64,000 nt of DNA from Auanema rhodensis (Eukaryota; Animalia; Nematoda): contig OZ059894.1 in the NCBI GenBank assembly GCA_964057225.1, forward strand, positions 22,568,001 to 22,632,000. The letters are read 5' to 3'. The translations under genes were made by a program, and so were the position numbers. Shown here in pieces: positions 1 to 11,229 of this stretch. Within the stretch, counting starts at the first letter, position 1. The number at the start of each line of letters is the position of its first letter. The notes beneath the pieces were generated by a model that searched no databases, was not told the DNA's origin, and saw only the letters and a program-made list of their open reading frames with translations.

Positions 1-77
1 TCCTCGATTTTCACCCTGAAGGAATAATTTTTTCGTTGAATAACATTGTCCATCGTCTTTGCCTTTGAAAAAAGGAA

Positions 78-149
78 TCTAAAAACATCTACTTTTTGCT
101 AAATTATTTTGAAATTTTTCGAAAAAATTTTTGTCAAAATGTTTTTGGA
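78..149. repeat. Intra-monomer imperfect inverted repeat A (A/T-tract dyad centred on TTCGAA); representative copy, present in every monomer
   Basis: Core TTTTTCGAAAAA palindrome, flanked by ATTTTGA...TCAAAAT and TCTAAAAACAT...ATGTTTTTGGA (1 mismatch), with asymmetric bulges. Confidence 0.6.
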
Positions 150-153
150 AGCA

Positions 154-181
154 ATGTTGAGTGTACATGGAAACTCAACAT
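154..181. repeat. Intra-monomer inverted repeat B (9-bp perfect arms, 10-nt loop); representative copy
   Basis: ATGTTGAGT-gtacatggaa-ACTCAACAT; the arms are exact reverse complements. Confidence 0.9.
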
Positions 182-249
182 ACACTAATGCATCATTTTT
201 CAAACGATCATAACTAATTTTTGTATTAAGCGTTTCTCAATGTAGTATA

Positions 250-319
250 GTGCATTCGATGCGGATTTTTAAGCTGCGTCGATCTGTGTTATCAGATTTG
301 CGCTAGCTTAAAAATGCAC
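250..319. repeat. Intra-monomer inverted repeat C (long interrupted stem-loop); representative copy
   Basis: ATTTTTAAGCT-GCG-tcg-ATCTG-tgttat-CAGAT-ttg-CGC-t-AGCTTAAAAAT (265-315; 11+3+5 bp paired). It can be extended by GTGC(250)/GCAC(319) across a bulge. Confidence 0.9.
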
Positions 320-332
320 CGAGATATCAACT

Positions 333-354
333 GATATAAGTTCACACTTATATC
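333..354. repeat. Intra-monomer inverted repeat D (9-bp perfect arms, 4-nt loop); representative copy
   Basis: GATATAAGT-tcac-ACTTATATC, with an outer CGAG(320-323)/CTCG(355-358) pair across a bulge. Confidence 0.9.
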
Positions 355-3300
355 CTCGATTTTCACCCTGAAGGAATAATTTTTTCGTTGAATAACATTG
401 TCCATCGTCTTTGCCTTGAAAAAAGTAATCTAAAAACATCTACTTTTTGCTAAATTATTTTGAAATTTTTCGAAAAAATTTTTGTCAAAATGTTTTTGGA
501 AGCAATGTTGAGTGTACATGGAAACTCAACATACACTAATGCATCATTTTTCAAACGATCATAACTAATTTTTGTATTAAGCGTTTCTCAATGTAGTATA
601 GTGCATTCGATGCGGATTTTTAAGCTGCGTCGATCTCTGTTATCAGATTTGCGCTAGCTTAAAAATGCACCGAGATATCAACTGATATAAGTTCACACTT
701 ATATCCTCGATTTTCACCCTGAAGGAATAATTTTTTCGTTGAATAACATTGTCCATCGTCTTTGCCTTGGAAAAAGGAATCTAAAAACATCTACTTTTTG
801 CTAAATTATTTTGAAATTTTTCGAAAAAATTTTTGTCAAAATGTTTTTGGAAGCAATGTTGAGTGTACATGGAAACTCAACATACACTAATGCATCATTT
901 TTCAAACGATCATAACTAATTTTTGTATTAAGCGTTTCTCAATGTAGTATAGTGCATTCGATGCGGATTTTTAAGCTGCGTCGATCTGTGTTATCAGATT
1001 TGCGCTAGCTTAAAAATGCACCGAGATATCAACTGATATAAGTTCACACTTATATCCTCGATTTTCACCCTGAAGAATTAATTTTTTCGTTGAATAACAT
1101 TGTCCATCGTCTTTGCCTTGAAAAATGAAATCTAAAAACATCTACTTTTTGCTAAATTATTTTGAAATTTTTCGAAAAAATTTTTGTCAAAATGTTTTTG
1201 GAAGCATTGTTGAGTGTACATGGAAACTCAACATACATTAATGCATCATTTTTCAAACGATCATAACTAATTTTTGTATTAAGCGTTTCTCAATGTAGTA
1301 TAGTGCATTCGATGCGGATTTTTAAGCTGCGTCGATCTGTGTTATCAGATTTGCGCTAGCTTAAAAATGCACCAAGATATCAACTGATATAAGTTCACAC
1401 TTATATCCTCGATTTTCACCCTGAAGGAATAATTTTTTCGTTGAATAACATTGTCCATCGTCTTTGCCTTGAAAAAAGGAATCTAAAAACATCTACTTTT
1501 TGCTAAATTATTTTGAAATTTTTCGAAAAAATTTTTGTCAAAATGTTTTTGGAAGCATTGTTGAGTGTACATGGAAACTCAACATACACTAATGCATCAT
1601 TTTTCAAACGATCATAACTAATTTTTGTATCAAGCGTTTCTCAATGTAGTATAGTGCATTTGATGCGGATTTTTAAGCTGCGTCGATCTCTGTTATCAGA
1701 TTTGCTCTAGCTTAAAAATGCACCGAGATATCAACTGATATAAGTTCACACTTATATCCTCGATTTTCACCCTGAAGGAATAATTTTTTCGTTGAATAAC
1801 ATTGTCCATCGTCTTTGCCTTGAAAAATGGAATCTAAAAACATCTACTTTTTGCTAAATTATTTTGAAATTTTTCGAAAAAATTTTTGTCAAAATGTTTT
1901 TGGAAGCAATGTTGAGTGTACATGGAAACTCAACATACACTAATGCATCATTTTTCAAACGATCATAACTAATTTTTGTATCAAGCGTTTCTCAATGTAG
2001 TTTAGTGCATTCGATGCGGATTTTTAAGCTGCGTCGATCTGTGTTATCAGATTTGCGCTAGCTTAAAAATGCACCGAGATATCAACTGATATAAGTTCAC
2101 ACTTATACCCTCGATTTTCACCCTGAAGGAATAATTTTTTCGTTGAATAACATTGTCCATCGTCTTTGCCTTGAAAAATGGAATCTAAAAACATCTACTT
2201 TTTGCTAAATTATTTTGAAATTTTTCGAAAAAATTTTTGTCAAAATGTTTTTGGAAGCAATGTTGAGTGTACATGGAAACTCAACATACACTAATGCATC
2301 ATTTTTCAAACGATCATAACTAATTTTTGTATCAAGCGTTTCTCAATGTAGTTTAGTGCATTCGATGCGGATTTTTCAGCTGCGTCGATCTGTGTTATCA
2401 GATTTGCGCTAGCTTAAAAATGCACCGAGATATCAACTGATATAAGTTCACACTTATATCCTCGATTTTCACCCTGAAGGAATAATTTTTTCGTTGAATA
2501 ACATTGTCCATCGTCTTTGCCTTGAAAAAAGGAATCTAAAAACATCTACTTTTTGCTAAATTATTTTGAAATTTTTCGAAAAAACTTTTGTCAAAATGTT
2601 TTTGGAAGCATTGTTGAGTGTACATGGAAACTCAACATACACTAATGCATCATTTTTCAAACGATCATAACTAATTTTTGTATTGAGCGTTTCTCAATGT
2701 AGTATAGTGCATTCGATGCGGATTTTTAAGCTGCGTCGATCTCTGTTATCAGATTTGCGCTAGCTTAAAAATGCACCGAGATATCAACTGATATAAGTTC
2801 ACACTTATATCCTCGATTTTCACCCTGAAGGAATAATTTTTTCGTTGAATAACATTGTCCATCGTCTTTGCCTTGAAAAAAGGAATCTAAAAACATCTAC
2901 TTTTTGCTAAATTATTTTGAAATTTTTCGAAAAAATTTTTGTCAAAATGTTTTTGGAAGCAATGTTGAGTGTACATGGAAACTCAACATACACTAATGCA
3001 TCATTTTTCAAAGGATCATAACTAATTTTTGTATTAAGCGTTTCTCAATGTAGTATAGTGCATTCGATGCGGATTTTTAAGCTGCGTCGATCTGTGTTAT
3101 CAGATTTGCGCTAGCTTAAAAATGCACCAAGATATCAACTGATATAAGTTCACACTTATATCCTCGATTTTCACCCTGAAGGAATAATTTTTTCGTTGAA
3201 TAACATTGTCCATCGTCTTTGCCTTGAAAAAAGGAATCTAAAAACATCTACTTTTTGCTAAATTATTTTGAAATTTTTCGAAAAAATTTTTGTCAAAATG

Positions 3301-6300
3301 TTTTTGGAAGCATTGTTGAGTGTACATGGAAACTCAACATACACTAATGCATCATTTTTCAAACGATCATAACTAATTTTTGTATTAAGCGTTTCTCAAT
3401 GTAGTATAGTGCATTCGATGCGGATTTTTAAGCTGCGTCGATCTCTGTTATCAGATTTGCGCTAGCTTAAAAATGCACCGAGATATCAACTGATATAAGT
3501 TCACACTTATATCCTCGATTTTCACCCTGAAGGAATAATTTTTTCGTTGAATAACATTGTCCATCGTCTTTGCCTTGAAAAAAGGAATCTAAAAACATCT
3601 ACTTTTTGCTAAATTATTTTGAAAATTTTCGAAAAAATTTTTGTCAAAATGTTTTTGGAAGCATTGTTGAGTGTACATGGAAACTCAACATACACTAATG
3701 CATAATTTTTCAAACGATCATAACTAATTTTTGTATTAAGCGTTTCTCAATGTAGTATAGTGCATTCGATGCGGATTTTTAAGCTGCGTCGATCTCTGTT
3801 ATCAGATTTGCGCTAGCTTAAAAATGCACCGAGATATCAACTGATATAAGTTCACACTTATATCCTCGATTTTCACCCTGAAGGAATAATTTTTTCGTTG
3901 AATAACATTGTCCATCGTCTTTGCCTTGAAAAAAGGAATCTAAAAACATCTACTTTTTGCTAAATTATTTTGAAATTTTTCGAAAAAATTTTTGTCAAAA
4001 TGTTTTTGGAAGCAATGTTGAGTGTACATGGAAACTCAACATACACTAATGCATCATTTTTCAAACGATCATAACTAATTTTTGTATCAAGCGTTTCTCA
4101 ATGTAGTATAGTGCATTCGATGCGGATTTTTAAGCTGCGTCGATCTGTGTTATCAGATTTGCGCTAGCTTAAAAATGCACCGAGATATCAACTGATATAA
4201 TTTCACACTTATATCCTCGATTTTCACCCTGAAGAATTAATTTTTTCGTTGAATAACATTGTCCATCGTCTTTGCCTTGAAAAATGGAATCTAAAAACAT
4301 CTACTTTTTGCTAAATTATTTTGAAATTTTTCGAAAAAATTTTTGTCAAAATGTTTTTGGAAGCATTGTTGAGTGTACATGGAAACTCAACATACACTAA
4401 TGCATCATTTTTCAAACGATCATAACTAATTTTTGTATCAAGCGTTTCTCAATGTAGTTTAGTGCATTCGATGCGGATTTTTAAGCTGCGTCGATCTGTG
4501 TTATCAGATTTGCGCTAGCTTAAAAATGCACCGAGATATCAACTGATATAAGTTCACACTTATATCCTCGATTTTCACCCTGAAGGAATAATTTTTTCGT
4601 TGAATAACATTGTCCATCGTCTTTGCCTTGAAAAAAGGAATCTAAAAACATCTACTTTTTGCTAAATTATTTTGAAATTTTTCGAAAAAATTTTTGTCAA
4701 AATGTTTTTGGAAGCATTGTTGAGTGTACATGGAAACTCAACATACACTAATGCATCATTTTTCAAACGATCATAACTAATTTTTGTATCAAGCGTTTCT
4801 CAATGTAGTTTAGTGCATTCGATGCGGATTTTTAAGCTGCGTCGATCTGTGTTATCAGATTTGCGCTAGCTTAAAAATGCACCGAGATATCAACTGATAT
4901 AAGTTCACACTTATATCCTCGATTTTCACCCTGAAGAATTAATTTTTTCGTTGAATAACATTGTCCATCGTCTTTGCCTTGAAAAATGGAATCTAAAAAC
5001 ATCTACTTTTTGCTAAATTATTTTGAAATTTTTCGAAAAAATTTTTGTCAAAATGTTTTTGGAAGCATTGTTGAGTGTACATGGAAACTCAACATACACT
5101 AATGCATCATTTTTCAAAGGATCATAACTAACTTTTGTATTAAGCGTTTCTCAATGTAGTATAGTGCATTCGATGCGGATTTTTAAGCTGCGTCGATCTG
5201 TGTTATCAGATTTGCGCTAGCTTAAAAATGCACCGAGATATCAACTGATATAAGTTCACACTTATATCCTCGATTTTCACCCTGAAGAATTAATTTTTTC
5301 GTTGAATAACATTGTCCATCGTCTTTGCCTTGAAAAATGGAATCTAAAAACATCTACTTTTTGCTAAATTATTCTGAAATTTTTCGAAAAAATTTTTGTC
5401 AAAATGTTTTTGGAAGCAATGTTGAGTGTACATGGAAACTCAACATACACTAATGCATCATTTTTCAAACGATCATAACTAATTTTTGTATCAAGCGTTT
5501 CTTAATGTAGTTTAGTGCATTCGATGCGGATTTTTAAGCTGCGTCGATCTGTGTTATCAGATTTGCGCTAGCTTAAAATTGCACCGAGATATCAACTGAT
5601 ATAAGTTCACACTTATATCCTCGATTTTCACCCTGAAGGAATAATTTTTTCGTTGAATAACATTGTCCATCGTCTTTGCCTTGAAAAATGGAATCTAAAA
5701 ACATCTACTTTTTGCTAAATTATTTTGAAATTTTTCGAAAAAATTTTTGTCAAAATGTTTTTGGAAGCAATGTTGAGTGTACATGGAAACTCAACATACA
5801 CTAATGCATCATTTTTCAAACGATCATAACTAATTTTTGTATCAAGCGTTTCTCAATGTAGTTTAGTGCATTCGATGCGGATTTTTCAGCTGCGTCGATC
5901 TGTGTTATCAGATTTGCGCTAGCTTAAAAATGCACCGAGATATCAACTGATATAAGTTCACACTTATATCCTCGATTTTCACCCTGAAGGAATAATTTTT
6001 TCGTTGAATAACATTGTCCATCGTCTTTGCCTTGAAAAAAGGAATCTAAAAACATCTACTTTTTGCTAAATTATTTTGAAATTTTTCGAAAAAACTTTTG
6101 TCAAAATGTTTTTGGAAGCATTGTTGAGTGTACATGGAAACTCAACATACACTAATGCATCATTTTTCAAACGATCATAACTAATTTTTGTATTAAGCGT
6201 TTCTCAATGTAGTATAGTGCATTCGATGCGGATTTTTAAGCTGCGTCGATCTCTGTTATCAGATTTGCGCTAGCTTAAAAATGCACCGAGATATCAACTG

Positions 6301-6799
6301 ATATAAGTTCACACTTATATCCTCGATTTTCACCCTGAAGAATTAATTTTTTCGTTGAATAACATTGTCCATCGTCTTTGCCTTGAAAAATGGAATCTAA
6401 AAACATCTACTTTTTGCTAAATTATTTTGAAATTTTTCGAAAAAATTTTTGTCAAAATGTTTTTGGAAGCATTGTTGAGTGTACATGGAAACTCAACATA
6501 CACTAATGCATCATTTTTCAAACGATCATAACTAATTTTTGTATCAAGCGTTTCTCAATGTAGTTTAGTGCATTCGATGCGGATTTTTAAGCTGCGTCGA
6601 TCTGTGTTATCAGATTTGCGCTAGCTTAAAAATGCACCGAGATATCAACTGATATAAGTTCACACTTATATCCTCGATTTTCACCCTGAAGGAATAATTT
6701 TTTCGTTGAATAACATTGTCCATCGTCTTTGCCTTGAAAAAAGGAATCTAAAAATATCTACTTTTTGCCAAATTATTTTGAAATTTTTCGAAAAAATTT

Positions 6800-9700
6800 T
6801 TGTCAAAATGTTTTTGGAAGCAATGTTGAGTGTACATGGAAACTCAACATACACTAATGCATCATTTTTCAAACGATCATAACTAATTTTTGTATTAAGC
6901 GTTCCTCAATGTAGTATAGTGCATTCGATGCGAATTTTTAAGCTGCGTCGATCTGTGTTATCAGATTTGCGCTAGCTTAAAAATGCACCGAGATATCAAC
7001 TGATATAAGTTCACACTTATATCCTCGATTTTCACCCTGAAGAATTAATTTTTTCGTTGAATAACATTGTCCATCGTCTTTGCCTTGAAAAATGAAATCT
7101 AAAAACATCTACTTTTTGCTAAATTATTCTGAAATTTTTCGAAAAAATTTTTGTCAAAATGTTTTTGGAAGCATTGTTGAGTGTACATGGAAACTCAACA
7201 TACACTAATGCATCATTTTTCAAAGGATCATAACTAATTTTTGTATTAACGTTTCTCAATGTAGTATAGTGCATTCGATGCGGATTTTTAAGCTGCGTCG
7301 ATCTGTGTTATCAGATTTGCGCTAGCTTAAAAATGCACCGAGATATCAACTGATATAAGTTCACACTTATATCCTCGATTTTCACCCTGAAGAATTAATT
7401 TTTTCGTTGAATAACATTGTCCATCGTCTTTGCCTTGAAAAATGGAATCTAAAAACATCTACTTTTTGCTAAATTATTTTGAAATTTTTCGAAAAAATTT
7501 TTGTCAAAATGTTTTTGGAAGCATTGTTGAGTGTACATGGAAACTCAACATACACTAATGCATCATTTTTCAAACGATCATAACTAATTTTTGTATTAAG
7601 CGTTTCTCAATGTAGTTTAGTGCATTCGATGCGGATTTTTAAGCTGCGTCGATCTGTGTTATCAGATTTGCGCTAGCTTAAAAATGCACCGAGATATCAA
7701 CTGATATAAGTTCACACTTATATCCTCGATTTTCACCCTGAAGAATTAATTTTTTCGTTGAATAACATTGTCCATCGTCTTTGCCTTGAAAAATGGAATC
7801 TAAAAACATCTACTTTTTGCTAAATTATTTTGAAATTTTTCGAAAAAACTTTTGTCAAAATGTTTTTGGAAGCATTGTTGAGTGTACATGGAAACTCAAC
7901 ATACACTAATGCATCATTTTTCAAACGATCATAACTAATTTTTGTATCAAGCGTTTCTCAATGTAGTTTAGTGCATTCGATGCGGATTTTTAAGCTGCGT
8001 CGATCTGTGTTATCAGATTTGCGCTAGCTTAAAAATGCACCGAGATATCAACTGATATAAGTTCACACTTATATCCTCGATTTTCACCCTGAAGGAATAA
8101 TTTTTTCGTTGAATAACATTGTCCATCGTCTTTGCCTTGAAAAAAGGAATCTAAAAATATCTACTTTTTGCCAAATTATTTTGAAATTTTTCGAAAAAAT
8201 TTTTGTCAAAATGTTTTTGGAAGCATTGTTGAGTGTACATGGAAACTCAACATACACTAATGCATCATTTTTCAAACGATCATAACTAATTTTTGTATTA
8301 AGCGTTCCTCAATGTAGTATAGTGCATTCGATGCGAATTTTTAAGCTGCGTCGATCTGTGTTATCAGATTTGCGCTAGCTTAAAAATGCACCGAGATATC
8401 AACTGATATAAGTTCACACTTATATCCTTGATTTTCACCCTGAAGGAATAATTTTTTCGTTGAATAACATTGTCCATCGTCTTTGCCTTGAAAAATGAAA
8501 TCTAAAAACATCTACTTTTTGCTAAATTATTCTGAAATTTTTCGAAAAAATTTTTGTCAAAATGTTTTTGGAAGCATTGTTGAGTGTACATGGAAACTCA
8601 ACATACACTAATGCATCATTTTTCAAAGGATCATAACTAATTTTTGTATTAACGTTTCTCAATGTAGTATAGTGCATTCGATGCGGATTTTTAAGCTGCG
8701 TCGATCTGTGTTATCAGATTTGCGCTAGCTTAAAAATGCACCGAGATATCAACTGATATAAGTTCACACTTATATCCTCGATTTTCACCCTGAAGAATTA
8801 ATTTTTTCGTTGAATAACATTGTCCATCGTCTTTGCCTTGAAAAATGGAATCTAAAAACATCTACTTTTTGCTAAATTATTCTGAAATTTTTCGAAAAAA
8901 TTTTTGTCAAAATGTTTTTGGAAGCAATGTTGAGTGTACATGGAAACTCAACATACACTAATGCATCATTTTTCAAACGATCATAACTAATTTTTGTATT
9001 AAGCGTTCCTCAATGTAGTATAGTGCATTCGATGCGAATTTTTAAGCTGCGTCGATCTGTGTTATCAGATTTGCGCTAGCTTAAAAATGCACCGAGATAT
9101 CAACTGATATAAGTTCACACTTATATCCTCGATTTTCACCCTGAAGAATTAATTTTTTCGTTGAATAACATTGTCCATCGTCTTTGCCTTGAAAAATGAA
9201 ATCTAAAAACATCTACTTTTTGCTAAATTATTCTGAAATTTTTCGAAAAAATTTTTGTCAAAATGTTTTTGGAAGCATTGTTGAGTGTACATGGAAACTC
9301 AACATACACTAATGCATCATTTTTCAAAGGATCATAACTAATTTTTGTATTAACGTTTCTCAATGTAGTATAGTGCATTCGATGCGGATTTTTAAGCTGC
9401 GTCGATCTGTGTTATCAGATTTGCGCTAGCTTAAAAATGCACCGAGATATCAACTGATATAAGTTCACACTTATATCCTCGATTTTCACCCTGAAGAATT
9501 AATTTTTTCGTTGAATAACATTGTCCATCGTCTTTGCCTTGAAAAATGGAATCTAAAAACATCTACTTTTTGCTAAATTATTTTGAAATTTTTCGAAAAA
9601 ATTTTTGTCAAAATGTTTTTGGAAGCATTGTTGAGTGTACATGGAAACTCAACATACACTAATGCATCATTTTTCAAACGATCATAACTAATTTTTGTAT

Positions 9701-11000
9701 TAAGCGTTTCTCAATGTAGTTTAGTGCATTCGATGCGGATTTTTAAGCTGCGTCGATCTGTGTTATCAGATTTGCGCTAGCTTAAAAATGCACCGAGATA
9801 TCAACTGATATAAGTTCACACTTATATCCTCGATTTTCACCCTGAAGAATTAATTTTTTCGTTGAATAACATTGTCCATCGTCTTTGCCTTGAAAAATGG
9901 AATCTAAAAACATCTACTTTTTGCTAAATTATTTTGAAATTTTTCGAAAAAACTTTTGTCAAAATGTTTTTGGAAGCATTGTTGAGTGTACATGGAAACT
10001 CAACATACACTAATGCATCATTTTTCAAACGATCATAACTAATTTTTGTATCAAGCGTTTCTCAATGTAGTTTAGTGCATTCGATGCGGATTTTTAAGCT
10101 GCGTCGATCTGTGTTATCAGATTTGCGCTAGCTTAAAAATGCACCGAGATATCAACTGATATAAGTTCACACTTATATCCTCGATTTTCACCCTGAAGGA
10201 ATAATTTTTTCGTTGAATAACATTGTCCATCGTCTTTGCCTTGAAAAAAGGAATCTAAAAATATCTACTTTTTGCCAAATTATTTTGAAATTTTTCGAAA
10301 AAATTTTTGTCAAAATGTTTTTGGAAGCATTGTTGAGTGTACATGGAAACTCAACATACACTAATGCATCATTTTTCAAACGATCATAACTAATTTTTGT
10401 ATTAAGCGTTCCTCAATGTAGTATAGTGCATTCGATGCGAATTTTTAAGCTGCGTCGATCTGTGTTATCAGATTTGCGCTAGCTTAAAAATGCACCGAGA
10501 TATCAACTGATATAAGTTCACACTTATATCCTCGATTTTCACCCTGAAGGAATAATTTTTTCGTTGAATAACATTGTCCATCGTCTTTGCCTTGAAAAAT
10601 GAAATCTAAAAACATCTACTTTTTGCTAAATTATTCTGAAATTTTTCGAAAAAATTTTTGTCAAAATGTTTTTGGAAGCATTGTTGAGTGTACATGGAAA
10701 CTCAACATACACTAATGCATCATTTTTCAAAGGATCATAACTAATTTTTGTATTAACGTTTCTCAATGTAGTATAGTGCATTCGATGCGGATTTTTAAGC
10801 TGCGTCGATCTGTGTTATCAGATTTGCGCTAGCTTAAAAATGCACCGAGATATCAACTGATATAAGTTCACACTTATATCCTCGATTTTCACCCTGAAGA
10901 ATTAATTTTTTCGTTGAATAACATTGTCCATCGTCTTTGCCTTGAAAAATGGAATCTAAAAACATCTACTTTTTGCTAAATTATTCTGAAATTTTTCGAA
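6800..11000. repeat. Tandem 6-monomer duplication (period 2104 bp) nested on an older 4-monomer period (1403 bp)
   Basis: The rare haplotype AAAATATC/GCCAAAT/GTTCCTC/GCGAATT occurs in monomers at 6671, 8074 and 10178. The monomer series 7022-7372-7723-8074-8425 is repeated at 9126-9476-9827-10178-10529. End points are approximate. Confidence 0.85.
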
Positions 11001-11229
11001 AAAATTTTTGTCAAAATGTTTTTGGAAGCAATGTTGAGTGTACATGGAAACTCAACATACACTAATGCATCATTTTTCAAACGATCATAACTAATTTTTG
11101 TATCAAGCGTTTCTCAATGTAGTTTAGTGCATTCGATGCGGATTTTTAAGCTGCGTCGATCTGTGTTATCAGATTTGCGCTAGCTTAAAAATGCACCGAG
11201 ATATCAACTGATATAAGTTCACACTTATA

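Noticed and set aside
32-48. TTTCGTTGAATAACATT resembles the 5' half of the CENP-B box (YTTCGTTGGAARCGGGA)
   Set aside because: The essential CGGG half is missing, and a partial match in AT-rich DNA is not evidence.
265-315. Compensatory mutation pair in hairpin C (ATTTGTAAG and CTTAACAAT)
   Set aside because: The two changes are not at paired positions and occur in different monomers and domains.
1-352. Tandem RNA gene cluster (5S rRNA, tRNA, snRNA, spliced leader)
   Set aside because: I recognised no such sequence, cloverleaf or Pol III A/B box. An Rfam search was not possible, so a divergent small RNA is not formally excluded.
1-352. Internal ~175-bp dimer substructure, or identity with known ~350-360 bp satellites (Drosophila 359-bp, tenebrionid beetle satellites)
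   Set aside because: The two halves show no evident similarity by eye, and similar length alone does not support a family assignment.
355-705. Monomer length is 117 codons, and one plus-strand frame contains only TAA/TAG stops, so it would be open under a ciliate-type code
   Set aside because: About two TGA are expected per frame, so one TGA-free frame among six is unremarkable. Seventeen monomers carry 1-bp frameshifts, and many variants change amino acids.
1070-1125. CTGAAGA matches the hammerhead ribozyme core CUGANGA, with GAAA downstream (hammerheads are known in some animal satellites)
   Set aside because: I could not build stem II between CUGAAGA and any downstream GAAA, and the GGAATA allele destroys the motif. 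An Infernal search with Rfam hammerhead models on a monomer dimer would settle it.
6681-6872. 63-aa minus-strand ORF MKNDALVYVEF... (also 8084-8275 and 10188-10379)
   Set aside because: It exists only because a T>C variant (6769, 8172, 10276; GCTAAAT>GCCAAAT) turns a TAG into TGG in 3 of 182 monomers, which are related by duplication. The F/K/I-rich composition reflects A/T tracts and there is no recognisable domain.
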